Source of the DNA: the human T2T-CHM13v2.0 reference genome, Homo sapiens
Assembly (NCBI RefSeq): GCF_009914755.1
Contig: NC_060928.1
DNA: 64,000 nucleotides
Strand: one strand, 5' to 3'
Of the stretch, positions 1 to 14,059 are shown in pieces. Within the stretch, counting starts at the first letter, position 1. The number at the start of each line of letters is the position of its first letter. Below the pieces are notes generated by a model. It was not told where the DNA came from, made no database searches, and saw nothing but the letters and a program-made list of their open reading frames with translations. The position numbers and the translations under genes were made by a program.

Positions 1-110
1 AATAAACTCCGTAAGGGCAGGGACCATGTCTGTCTTGGTTACCATTCTTTCCTCTCTACCTAGCAGAGTAGGTGTCAATAAATATTTTTACGTGAATGAA
101 TTAGTGAATA
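1..110 (+). mobile_element. L2 LINE 3' end fragment
   Basis: gggcagggaccatgtctgtctt...aaatattttta..tgaatgaat resembles the L2 3' terminus; recognised by eye. Confidence 0.55.
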
Positions 111-1146
111 AACTGAAAATGAGGAGTTCTAGATTCTAGTCCCAGATCTCTTGGTAATAAGTAGGTGAGTTAACCAGTTATACCTGATTTATTATGAAAT
201 TTATAAGCTGGACTATATCAGCATATCCTGTATTTTCCACTCATGGACACATTTCAAAATAATATATAATTTTTGAAGGCGAACCCTCTGTCTCTAAGGA
301 GGAGTAATTTCTTGGTCTGCATAATCCTAACATACTTTCTTTTCCCTTCTTGGATTTTCTTTTATTTCTTGTTGGTAGTTTCCTTGGCTATGAAGTAAAT
401 TTGCCTGGGTTTAAAATAACTCCCACTTTGCCTATAAGCTAAGAGAAAGTCAGTGAAGTTGTCCCCAAATTACTAATTTAATAATAACAGTAATCACTTG
501 AAAGCAAGATTTATCATAGACAAAACACAGCATAGATACTTATTTTAGATTTCATTTATCAAAAGTATTAGAATGAGACCAGAGTTTCCTAAGTTTTATT
601 TTATTTCTATAGAGAACCATTCCACAAAGGACAAGCAAAAATATTCTCGTTGTAAAGATTAACCTAGATAATGTATGTCCTAAATGGTCTAGGGATGTTT
701 TGAGGCTCAAGGAATATGCTTTTTAAGATTTGTAGTTATGCCAAGATAATATGCATTCTGAGAACACTGCATTCTGTTCTCAGAAACTTTATGAGGACTA
801 GAAATAAGCAAGGTGGTAAGGGCTCTTTGCAGATTCTCAAGGGTCAGGAGACTTGCCTTCTTAACTCTCAAGGCCTTTATTCACTCTAATCATTCACTTC
901 CTGGAGCTGGCCTGATGCTTTAAGGTACATCCCCTCTTGGATTTATTCCCCACTCTTGCAATGTAGAGGCAGCTTATGACATAATTTGGATTAAGCCTCA
1001 CTCTGTCCCAGGTCACCTTAGAGCATGAATTAGGGGCTAGATCCTGGTCCCCCTGCAAGAGGCTGGCACCCACACCAACTTCCACTGCCTTTCTACCCTT
1101 CTGGTACAAACATCCAAGTATATCCTACAGTCTCTTTCTGCACTCA

Positions 1147-1682
<536 letters not shown>

Positions 1683-1725
1683 TTAATGTGTTTAAAATGG
1701 TTCTTCCATTTTGATTGAGAAACGG

Positions 1726-1950
1726 TGTATGATAGAGGTTAAGACGCTAGGCTTTGGAGTCAACCTGCTACCACTTATCAGCTCCACAACCTAGGAACAA
1801 GCCAACAAACCTCACTGAACCAGTGTCCTTCTCTGTAAAATGCAAGGAATTAAGCTAAAATTGCTAACTGTATATTTGCTTTTGCTGTAAGTTGACACTG
1901 GTGCAGCATCTTACACATAATAGATGCTCCACAAATGTGGTGATTGTAGA
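1726..1950 (+). mobile_element. MIR SINE
   Basis: ggctttggagtca...ccactta...tctgtaaaatg MIR core motifs. Confidence 0.6.
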
Positions 1951-2045
1951 AGGGATTATTGTGCTATTCACATAAACAGTAACTAAGCATTAGAAAGAAA
2001 CAATTCCTTATGCATCTTATGATGTCTGTTCTTTTTACCCTATAG

Positions 2046-2148
2046 TGTGGAATTTGTAAAGGCCAGCTTGGAGATGCAGTGAGTGGGACGGATGTTAGGA
2101 TTCGAAATGGTCTCCTGAACTGTAATGATTGCTACATGCGATCCAGAA
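2046..2148 (+). CDS. LIMCH1: LIMCH1 penultimate coding exon, second zinc finger of the C-terminal LIM domain ([34 protein letters not shown])
   Basis: Polypyrimidine tract plus TAG acceptor (AG 2044-2045), GTAAGT donor at 2149; CxxC...CxxC LIM pattern; phase-1 end joins the 6924 exon; peptide recognised as the LIMCH1 C-terminus. Confidence 0.93.
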
Positions 2149-3548
2149 GTAAGTACTGGGGAGAATGCCTCATGATGACCGAGTGTAATCGTATGTCTTC
2201 CATAGGACCCAATTTAGGAATTCAAATATTTTTCCCCAGCCGTTGACACTCTAATCTGAGAGAAAGGTTTCTTAACATCTAGGTTAAAAAAGAAAAGATA
2301 TTTACCACTCGTTTCTTCCTGGAAGTTATTGCTACAATGTGGACCAATTCTTTTTATCCTGAAGTGCATCAGCACACCAGCAGGTCAAAACATTGCCTGA
2401 GCTCACTACAGAGATTTTGGTGTGATAGAAAGGAGATATAAGGTCTGTCAAACACTGTCACTTGTTCAGGCATGTCTTTAGACGACTGGCACCATTTGGG
2501 GATGGTTAAATGTGGAGAGCGGCTCTCCACTGTTTCTCAGATCGAGCACCAACTCATCAATGTCTCCACGCCCTACATTCAGGAGTTTCATTACGTCATA
2601 TGTGTTCCCAACTGAATGGAAAGTTCCTTGAGAGACAACAATGAGGGTTCCACTTCTCTGTGGATTCTTCCCCACCTCCCACCTCTACAATATCTTAGTA
2701 ACAATATGCGCTTAACAAATTATTTGCTGCCTTAGTAAGTGAGAAGCCTGCTTGCTTTCCCGTCTTGCATCCGGGCCTCCTACTGTGGAAGGTGCATGTT
2801 AGTTTGCGGGGCAGCAGGGGGTGCTGTTGCCTAGCCGCTGTTTAGAAAATCTGAAAATGGCCAGTGGCTTGCCTCGGAATGTTTCCTCATTCTCCATCAT
2901 GAGTACAGTCCTTCTGGTGGGTCACCTAGACAGCAGAAGACCTTTTAGTGCAGATTCATCAGTCAGAAACTCTTTTAAAAAATTGGAGTGAAGATAGGGA
3001 GTGTGAAATTCAAGAATGACTATTTCTCAAAGTGAAGTCACGTTTTTACTGCCTTTTTACATGGATCTCAAATCTCTGCAAGACTGAAAACTTTGAGAAT
3101 AAAAATTGAAGGTAATTTGTTTTATAGCTATAGATTTAGTAAATTCAGTTAAATATGCCTATTAATAAAATGGGAAATAAAAATTTAATCAAACCCAGGT
3201 AGTTTAGATTTATAATAAATATTTGACTTGAGATCAAAACAGTTCCAACTTAGAGCCGCTGCTATCAAACTGGACTATTTAGATCATGCATGATATTAGT
3301 TTTTATACTATGTATTTTATATATTAAATTATATAAATAGTATACCATATATCATAAATATATACACACAAATTAACATATATAGTACATGTATAATAGG
3401 TAATAATTATATACATTTTATTTAAACTGGACTTTTGCTTTTATATGCTAACAAGGAAAACAACTCTTTTCTCCCAGATTTCAATGCGAATTTTCCTATC
3501 GTCTTCTATAAATTATTCTTTTTCTCTACCTCAGTGAACCACAGTGAA

Positions 3549-3578
3549 TGTAATTTATGGAACCAGAAGAGGGCACTG
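3549..3578 (+). promoter_or_regulatory. Candidate CTCF site (core CCAGAAGAGGGCACTG plus upstream TGTAAT module)
   Basis: Close match to the CTCF core CCASYAGRKGGCR at 3563-3575; occupancy unknown. Confidence 0.55.
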
Positions 3579-4059
3579 TTAGGTTGAAGGACTGCTCAGA
3601 AAGATTTGAAAAGTGCTGTAGATCTGAGTTTGTTTAATAATTTAAAGTGCTTGAAGGATGCCAACAGAACAACCTGAACCCCCCTCTGGGTGACAGTGAC
3701 CTCTTTTCATCTAGATTTTTTTAAATTGAGAGGTTGGGTGATTCTTTGTCATTTCTTTTGGAAATTAGCTTTTTAATTCAAGACCAGGAATTTTTCTCTT
3801 AAATATACAAATATAAAGGGCATTAACTGCTTTTAATTTCAAAACCATGGAGTTCCTGTAATCAGCTGAAAAATAAGAAAGTGATTTGGAGGTAGGCCAC
3901 AAAAATGATTTTTTCTTTATTTTATATGTGAAATGCAGTGTTTTACCAGGATTTACCATAGAAAACAAGGCCCATTGTTTTCTCTGCTTCTATAGACATT
4001 CAATGAATAAATAAAAGTTACAGATGCTATAATGTTAGAAAAATTGAATTGTTCAGAAA

Positions 4060-5500
4060 GACACCACATTAAAAGGGCAGATCTCCATTGTAATCACCTT
4101 CCAATAATTTCTTGGGGTAGGGGCAGAATATATGTTTGTACATGTGTATGCACACACTTGCACACATGTACACACAGAGATACATATAAGTATGATGTAT
4201 CTACCTGGATTTGTGTTGGTTTTTATTTCACATAGGTGATGATCATATAGTCATGGTGTTCTGTACTTGGTTTTTGTTGCTGTCATTTTGAACTTAATGA
4301 TATATCTTGGTAACTTTTCCAGATAACATGTTGTGTCTCCTTTTTCTTTTTAATGACTTTTAAATAGCGGCATACAATCCCATTGTGTGGACTTATAATT
4401 TAAAACTAATTCTCTATGAATGGACACTTTGGTGGTTTCCCATTTTTTAATATTATTTTTAAATGAACATCCTTGTGCATATATCTTGGTGAATATTTCA
4501 GAGCATCTCCATAGGATAGATTCTGAGCAGTAGCACAGGTGACGTAAAAGGCATGTGCTTTTTAAATTTTCAGACATCTTGCTTAATTATCATTCAGAAA
4601 AGTGCACTCTCCCTGCAAAATGTATGAGAGACCCCCTTTATTTCCTCCAAGCCTGTATCAGCTCTGGATATCATCAAACATTAAAAATTTCCACTCTGCT
4701 TGGTGGGGGAAAAAATCTCATTGCTTTGATCTGTATTTCCATAATTATGGGTTTGAACATCTTTTCATATGTTTACTCACTATTTATATTTCCTTTTCTG
4801 TAAAGTGCTTCCCTAGCCTTTGCCCATTCTTCTATTTGGCACCTGATTTGTATGAGTTCTTTGCAAATTAAAGAAATTTGCCATTTGTTATATTTGCCGC
4901 ATATTGTGGTTATTAGTTTTCCCACTCTGTGATTTATTTTCATACAAAAGATTTTCATTTTATGTAATTAAATATATATATTTAATACATATAAAAGAAA
5001 TATATGTTTCTTTTTTGGATTATAGGTTTCTTAGGAAAACTCTCATTTAAAGTGTATAAATAAATTTAGCTGAGATTTCTTCTAGAATTGTTTTTTTTTT
5101 TCTCCTTCACATGTAAATATGTCATAAGCAGGATTGTATTTGGGGGTAAAAAATGAGGTAGCTATCTGGCCTGATTTTTTTTCCAGTTAGCCACTTGTAT
5201 GAATATCACTGAATGAATAACCCCTCTTTTTCTCACTAATTTGAAATGCCAGCTTTCTCATAAACTAAGTTCCCATATATATTTAGGTCTATTTCTGGAT
5301 ATTTTATTATGTTTTATTAACCTATTTATTCTCCATTACTGAATGTTTTTAATTATTGTAGCTTCATAATATGTTTTAATATTGGGTAATAAGGGTCACC
5401 TTCTTTCCAATTATTTTTTTCCAAAATTTTCCTAACTCTTCTCCCATGTTCATTTTTCCAGATAACATTAATATCTTTAGGCTAATTTCAATTAAGTTAA
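4060..5500 (-). mobile_element. Old L1M fragments in the last LIMCH1 intron
   Basis: T-rich degenerate L1 ORF2/3' motifs (ggacactttggtggtttcc, gttgaacatcttttcatatgtttact). Confidence 0.6.
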
Positions 5501-6235
5501 CTCATGACAGAGAGAATGACCAGCACATCTGAGAATACTGTTTAATTCTTTGCTGATGTCCTAAGAAATAAATATACCTTAGGAATGAATAGGTAGAGGG
5601 GATTATAATTTGGATTGAGAAGTATAAATATGCTTGTATTGGTCAAATATATCCAAGATGCAATAAAAGAGTCAGAATGGGAAAAAAAAAGGCTAAAAAC
5701 CATTTTTCTTTCTTTTTTAAAATTTGATTTAAATTGAGAAGAGTGGAGATGGATAGATGTGAAGGGTGGTTTACGTCATAGGCATTCTAAGTGAAACAAA
5801 ATAATTTCATTTTGTGGAATAATAAAACCTGAATATATAATCCTATTTTCTCCAAGTAACTAGTCACATTTAAATGAAATTTTTCTCTTGAAGGGAAAAA
5901 TAGCATACCAGCATATTAAAATGCAACTCCTAAAAGCAATGTAAACAGTTTTTAAGTTCATATGTAAATGGAAATGGACGTGCAAAACAAATTACCTGTC
6001 ATACATCAAGCCGTCACATGTTTAACTTGTGCCATTTGTGCTTGGGTGTTGGATGACTGTGTCTTTGTACATGGTGTTCTGTTCCATCATTCACTCTTGT
6101 GAAACGCATTTAATGCAAACTCCCTGGGGTCTTTTCAAATGTTGCAATTGCCTCATCACAACTGTAGTGCCTAAAAAGGAGAAATCCTGTGAAGGTTTCA
6201 GCAGAAAATATGGAACCCAAACAATCCTTTCTAGA

Positions 6236-6481
6236 TAGGTTTACCAGATAAAATATAAGATACCTAGTGGAATTTTTTTAAACCAAGTTAAAGTTGAATT
6301 TCACATAAACAATACATTTTTTAAGTCTGTGTATGTCCCAAATATTGCATGCTCTGGATTTAACATAAGTATGTCCCAAATATCATATGGATATGCTTAT
6401 ACTGAAAAATTCTGTGTCGTTTATCTGAAATTATACTGTACTGGGTATTGCGTATTTATACTTGCTGAATCTAGCAATCTA
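6236..6481. mobile_element. MER33/MER3-like hAT MITE
   Basis: ccagataaaatata...gttgaatttcacataaac...atctagcaatc, resembles the MER33 termini. Confidence 0.65.
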
Positions 6482-6644
6482 ATTTCTAGATCATATGTCA
6501 AATTCCTCATATTACAATGTACTTATTCTTAGAGAAATCAAAACCTAAGGAAACTGAGAGAAAAGAGATTATTTTCTTGCTTATTTGCCCCAGAGGACAA
6601 GGTAGAAAACTTGATGGAGATGCTTTGGTTTAGGGGCAATCCAG

Positions 6645-6790
6645 AGCATTTGATCAAACTTCACAGTGCATGTGAATCACCTGGGCACCACGTTAAGTGG
6701 GTCTGGAATGCGGCTTAAGAGCCCGGATTTCAAACAGACTCCAGGTGATGCCAGTACTACTTGTCCTGGGGCCACACTTCAAGTAGCAGG
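6645..6790. mobile_element. MER5-family hAT MITE
   Basis: gaatcacctggg...ccaggtgatgc...ccacactt MER5 motifs. Confidence 0.6.
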
Positions 6791-6923
6791 ATGGGAGAAG
6801 TTTCTGGTCCCCAGGAAGAGGAGACTTTGGTAAAGGCAGTTGCTCATTAGGGAGGTTTTAAAATGTCTGAAGCGAGAAATGTTGCCTACCACTCTTGTTT
6901 GTTGTTGTTTGTTTTAATCACAG

Positions 6924-6949
6924 GTGCCGGGCAGCCTACAACATTGTGA
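6924..6949 (+). CDS. LIMCH1: LIMCH1 terminal exon coding part ((S)AGQPTTL-stop)
   Basis: U-rich tract plus CAG acceptor (6921-6923); completes the AGT Ser codon from the previous exon; TGA at 6947-6949. Confidence 0.92.
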
Positions 6950-9810
6950 CACGGCTTTCAAGCTTCCGGATCACTCACCATTTCTTTACTGAGAGTGTCC
7001 CCTGGCAACTGCTTAACAAAATCCCAAGCTCAGGGGCTTCTCAGCATTTACCTAATTTCTGAAAGGCTCTTCTGAAAGGTGGTATCTGTTCTTTCGTAGC
7101 ACAGTGTTTATGTTTTTCCTGTTTATTGTTTTGGTTTTTTTTTTTTTTTTGCATTTGCACAGTATACACAAAAGAATATGGGGTTGTAATGATCCTGAAT
7201 AGCTCAAAAAAGGTTTTAGCATGGTCAAACAGGCTTATGGTTTAAAATGTGTTATTCTCTTCTTTGGGAATTAGCTAAATGATGCAATAAACCTGTTTTG
7301 TTTTAGAATGTCTAGGAATTAAACACTTTATGTTTACAGAATTGAGCTGCAGAAAGTGCAAGACATGCCAATTTGAGACACACGGTCTTCTAAGACTGAA
7401 GGATAAATTTAATGCATTTCAGAAACTAAACATCACAGCAAGCTCTATCTCTGAGCTATAATTTGTTTTTAATGCAAAGACACTAGTTTGATAATATATA
7501 CTGTAATCCTGAAACATTTGTGTTACTTACCTTTGGAGGTAGAAATTATACCAATAAATTATTGCACCGTTAGTATTAGATTCTGTGTACCTTGGAAGTT
7601 ATGTCATTAATATAGGCTGGTTCATCAAATAAAGCAAAACCTTGCAATATCAGCTAGATTTACACTCCGGGACGTTGCCCAAAGGTAGGAAGAAAGCAGA
7701 GGGAAATATTTCAGTCATCATTTCCAAAGTCATTATCAAAATCTGTGAGGAAGTTTAATCTTCCAAAGAGTCAATGTCAGACATCAGGCCTCTGTTGCCT
7801 GCTTCTCTCGAGGCACTAGATTAGGAGTCTTCAATAAGAGACTTAACATGAGGTATATGGAAGATGAGGCACCGAGATAAGTTCATCATTAGGTGTGAGC
7901 ACTGCTCACCCTTGCTGGCAAGTTCTCCTTAAGGGCCTGAAGCACAGGTGTCCAAAGAAAAGCGTTAAGTCCATCTTAATAGAATCTATGTGGTATATGA
8001 TGTGGTCAGCCCCTGGTCTGTGATCAGCAAGAACCTACAGCACAGATTATGCCCTGCCCACTTCAATGAATACCTACTCTCCTCCATTCTCCATCACTTT
8101 TTTTGCTATCAAGAACTCCGGACCTTGCCCATGGAGAAGTTTAGAGAGGAACTCTTGTGGAGAGCTGGTTTATTTTCTGCCCTGTGCGACGAGTTTCAGC
8201 TGGCCAAGAAAGGAGTCAAGTTATTAAAAAGCATCACAATGTAGATCTCCAGGCTGGTTTTTTGTTTTTTGTTGTTAAGACTGGGGAAAGGGGGACTATT
8301 TATTCTGCCTTAAATCAATGGCAAATAAGTCAAGATGACATTTTGTGAATGTAGACTATGGATACACTCCTAATAGATTGATGTAGTCATAAAAGGGGGT
8401 CAAGTAGATGTTTTTCTGTTATGTAAGCAATAATTTTTCCGTGTCTTATTGAGTATGGCTAGCGATTATTTATTACATGCTAGATGGGTTCTTTGCATGT
8501 GGGTTCCATATAGGTGCAGAAATTTCCTCAGCCACTGGAGGGATTTCGACCATATTTGTCATTTGGATGAGCTGTTATTAGATTGAAATCTACACATCAT
8601 TTCATTAAAAATTGTGCCTTAGAAAACGCAAAGCTGTTGCACATGGCGATAAATTATGGATGCAGTACATTGAAGAGAGATGAAGTCACTTCCAAGTTTC
8701 CAAGACTTCTCATGGAGGTGTTTGCTGTTTTACAGGAAAAAATAAAAATAAAAAAAGAAAAAAAGAAAAAATTAAAAAGAAAAATTGTTTTGAAAATGTA
8801 CAGATCAAGTCCAATATTTTGATTATCCACCTGCATGTTTTATTAAATATTTTGATAATGTGGATGTTTACACTTTGCATGATATTAGCAGAGTACCACT
8901 AGTAATGCACAAACATGTACAATATGGTCATTCATAACCGATTTTTATAGAATACTTTTTACATGTGCAACTCCATCCGTTATGTAAGGATTACATGAAT
9001 ATTGCACATTCCCTTCTGGTTTCACAAACCCATTTATACATATTTCTTAGTGAGGCTCATTGTACATGTATTGAAGCTAGAATCGAGTCAAGAAAAATAA
9101 AGCCCCATTCTCCAACTGCAAAATGTGCTTTCCCATAATGAACACTAGTCACCAGCACAGAATAATCTCCAACATTTTCTAAATTCTAATTGCCAACTGT
9201 TTCTATTTATATTTGATTTATATTTCATTTGGAGTCTGTTACATGGCAGCTTAGGCAGACTAGATCTTGTTTTTTCCAATGCAGCATAATGAGTATGATC
9301 TATTTCTTTTCAAATAATCTTTGAGATCCCAGGAAAAAAAAAATGCTCTGCTCCATTGAGCTATAATGTAAATGTGTTTGTTTAAAAAACAGGTGAGGCA
9401 AGTGAGTGATTTATTGTTCCTGAGGAAGTATATCTGATTTTTTTTCTCATACTCCAAAAGCTAGTCCCTACTCTTTAATAAAAATAATGGGTAACTTTTT
9501 GTTTTTCACTAGCGAACTTCCATGACATTTCCTTTCTATGTAGTGTGATTAATGCAATACATATTATAGTTATCTATACACAGTGTAAGATTTAACAAAC
9601 TGAAATGATCCACCTCATATGTGAGTCCGTCCAAAAGATGTTACTGCTCTGGGTGGGCCAGTGTTCTATATCGGTTATACTAACTTTCATTTAAAGTATT
9701 TATTCTAAAATGCCTCTGAGAAACAGTAAAAAATAAAAACAACAAGTTGTCTAAAATGCAACAGCTTTTATAGTAAATGTACATTTATAAATAAAATACT
9801 CAAATCAACT
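6950..9810 (+). other. LIMCH1: LIMCH1 3'UTR (~2.9 kb, no obvious repeats, several AATAAA)
   Basis: Follows the stop codon; AU-rich, TE-free, miRNA seed and RBP motifs; the exact end is inferred. Confidence 0.8.
9790..9795 (+). terminator. LIMCH1: Distal poly(A) signal of LIMCH1
   Basis: AATAAA preceded by TGTA and followed by U/GU-rich sequence; TE-rich DNA begins shortly after. Confidence 0.75.
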
Positions 9811-10146
9811 TTGTATTCCATTAATTATTTTTGGAGGGGTGGCAGTTGGTTTTCTTACATGGGGAAGAGAGACTCAAGCTTTCTCTTGTAGCTTTTGGTC
9901 CAGGGTTACATAGACAGATGATGGCAGTGCTGGATGTTTGCATGTACCTATTGATGCATAGTTGAGGTCAACTATTGAAGGCAAACCAAACTTACTGGCT
10001 GGTTTAGGGGTCACTGAGGAATTGCCTTCTATAGAAGGGTTTAAGCTCCTGGAGATGAGACACACAATAACCAGCAGAGGCCATGCAAATGCCAGTGAAA
10101 CTCGTCTGAAACAACCAAATGATGGTCAGCTTGCAGCACTGGCTAG

Positions 10147-10488
<342 letters not shown>

Positions 10489-10705
10489 TGAAGTCCCTGT
10501 ATTCTGCCACTTTCCCCAGCACTACCCCAATGTTCCCCACTTATTATATATGTAAGGTGTGTTTACTAAGGGCCTTTTCCTCAGGTGTGGAGCCAGGGAA
10601 TCTGCTGTGAATCAGTAGCATCCTGCTGACACTGTTGGCTCTCTGAAGTATACACGTATTCTGCCTTGCACTCTGTTCCAAATTTGAAGGTGGTGGCAAT
10701 ACTAA

Positions 10706-11044
<339 letters not shown>

Positions 11045-12461
11045 AAGATGTGATATTCTAATTGCCACCACGCATTGTCTTCTTTTTGCAAAGTTTGGTG
11101 GACGGTTAGTAGTTGCTGCTGTTTGCATGGAAAAGTGGATTCTTCTCATAAGAGAGTTTTAGTAGCTATCAGGTGAACTTAATATTTTCATTGTTATTTA
11201 AATGAAAGCCCATTGAACTAGGATGCATTTCAAAACAAAGACTATTACTCTAATATGAGGTCTATGAAAAATATCTTTATTCAAAAACAAACATTTTGCC
11301 TCAAGGTTGTTGAACTAGCTTTCTTTCCGTGGACTTTCTTCAAGATCTAAGGACTCCTTTTAGAGTCCAAATCAAGGCTCCTTTCCCCATTCTTTGGCAT
11401 TATGTAAGGTAGTGGTTACAACTCAAATGACTAGAGGGGTTACAAACCAAATGACCAGTTAGGCATTGTAAATGAGAACCAGAAGAGGACAATAGAGAGC
11501 AGTGTGGAGTATGGCAAACTGGAAAAAAAAGAACAGTTCTGTCTAAAGAAAGAGGCAGCTACTTGGCTTCATCAGTTGTTTTATGTGAAATCTCCAGTTT
11601 TTAAATATTGACAGTTTAAAACATTTTCCAACACAGTGCTATCCAAAATTGCGGGGTTCAGCAAAATATATATGCAAGTCCAATTTTGTTCTGAGGCCAC
11701 TAATTTCCAACCTATAGCTCAGTCTCCTCTTTGCTTTTCTATCAACTGCTACTAATTTGCTCTGCTGTGGATCATTTTATTTGAAAAATATATCAAGAAA
11801 TGGCCATGCAAAATATTTGCTTTTCAGAGTGTCTTGGGTCACACAGAGAAAGAAGCCAATAGAGCCATTAATCATCAGGTGATATTGTTATGATTCATAA
11901 CACTTTCAGATAGTAGTATTTGTGCATTGTCATCAAACATTACTATTTCACAAATGCCCGTGTTCAGTGTTTTGCCCAACTGTGCCCTTCCCCTTAATGG
12001 TTACGTTCATGCTTCTGAGTGACTCAAAAGGACAGAAAAGTGTGCAAATAGACAGACTAGAATTTTTCCTAAATTTGTTTGGCATCATTTTACCAAATGC
12101 GCTTTTGCAAGTATTGTTTTACTTATCAAATAGTATTTCTGGCATGTGAGAACATAGATGTATGCCTTCTCATTTTACAGGTGAGAAACTGAAGTATGAG
12201 AGGGATAAGTGGCTTATTCTGGATGAGTATAAGATTTTACATAATTGTGTATTTCACCCTCTGTCCCCAGTCAGGGTGGATCAGGATAATTTCCTATCCA
12301 ACTGTTCCTGGTGCCTGTGTCTGGGATCTTATTCCAGACCAACTAGGAGGACCTTTGACCATAGCTAGACCTTGGTAGGATTTCATCTGCACCCAAACAG
12401 AGACTAGAACACTCTTTTTATAGTAAATTTACGCATATAAACAAATACTCAATGGACTGTT

Positions 12462-12882
12462 TGTCTTAGTCCCTTTTGTGTTGCTATAAGAATGCCTGAG
12501 ACTGGGTAATTTATAAATAAAGTATTGGCTAATGATTCTGCTGTCTGTAAAAGTTCAAGATTGGGCATCTGCATCTGATGAGGGCTGCAGGTGGCTTCCA
12601 CTCATAGCAGAAGGTGAAGGGGAGCTGGCACATGCAGAGATCACATGGTGAGAGAGGAAGCAAGAAGAGCGGGTGGGAGTGGGGATGCCAGGCTGGCTCT
12701 AACAACCAGCTCTTATTGAAACTGATAGAGCGAGAACTCACTCACCCTTGAGTAGGAGCTTTAATCTATTCATGAGGGATCCACCCCCATGACCTAAACA
12801 CCTCCCGTTAGGCCCCACCTCCAACACTGAGGAACAAATTTTAACATAAGGTTTGGAGGGGACAAATATCCGAACCACAGCA
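12462..12882 (-). mobile_element. MST-family MaLR solo LTR
   Basis: tgtcttagtcc...gagactgggtaatttata...ggccccacctccaacactg...aaccacagca. Confidence 0.88.
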
Positions 12883-13728
12883 GTATTTTTGTTTTTTTCC
12901 TCTTGTGATTTGATTTTTTTACTCTGGAAAGAAAAGTGGAGCTTTCCTTTGTGGCAAGGCTTTGGGCACCTTGGTGGTTGCTGCAGTAGAGGCTGAGGAG
13001 TCTGTCTGTGCCAACCACACCCCTGACCAGAGCCCACTGACCTCTCCCTAACACATACCATCTCCAAAACCTCCTGTTCCCTCCCAAAGTCTAATTTCCA
13101 GAGTCAAGGAAAAACTAGTGCTGCCTAATAGATAACACATTGTCCCACTCAACTTTTGCTTCATAGCCAAACCTCAAACTCAAACTCAGCCCAGACCTGA
13201 ACAAAGGGAGGGTCTCTTTCTAACCATCCCGATGGAGAAAGGATTCTGATGGCACCCCACATTGGTTCCCATATCACAATATTATTTCACTCAAATAGAT
13301 CCATTGATCCATGAATGAAAGTGTTTTCAGTTTTTAGCAGGAATAATGGCATTGTCTGTGATAGCTTGTGTTCTTTATTATTCACCAGGTAGATAGAGAA
13401 TTATTTCAGCAGGTCCTGTGGTCTTAGAAAACACCTTGGCTGGCTGAGGATGACTCTACAGAGCTATAGGGAGCATCTGTCCAACATTTTCTCAAGCACT
13501 ACACTCATGCTCCTTTGCTATGGAATTAATGACTAACCCAACGTCTGACCCTGGAGTATTGAACACTTCCTCCTGAATCCGTGAAAATCTGTGATTGTCT
13601 AATACCTTGAAAATCGAGAAACTTCATCTTGTTGATATGATAACATTCTGGGAAACATGGAATCATTGATTAGACTTGGAGAATGCCTTTCTGAGATGTG
13701 TTTTTAAAAAAAAAAAGGAATAATCAAA

Positions 13729-13792
13729 GGAATTTGCCTTGCCCAACAGTAAAATTTACTGGAATTTGCCTTGCCCAACAGTAAAATTTACT
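13729..13792. repeat. Perfect 32-bp tandem duplication (2 copies)
   Basis: ggaatttgccttgcccaacagtaaaatttact at 13729-13760 and 13761-13792. Confidence 0.95.
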
Positions 13793-14059
13793 GTAAAGAT
13801 AATAAAGTACCTATCTCGGGCAAGAATTGATAAACTAATTGATAAACTGATTGTAACTGTCACAGCAATGAATATGATATACAAATCCAAATAAACATAA
13901 AAACTTTAGTGTATAATAATAGTGTTTCAATGACCAGAGGAGGGATAGTTGATTAACATCATTTGTTTACAATAAAATTAATTCAGGTAGAGTAACGTGT
14001 TAAGTGCAGGAAAAGAAAAGATAGGCTTAAATATGTTTAAATACATACTCAATAAAGAG

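Noticed and set aside
8736-8786. A-rich tract with AATAAA copies in the LIMCH1 3'UTR
   Set aside because: Low complexity; any 3' ends here are more likely internal-priming artefacts than a true site
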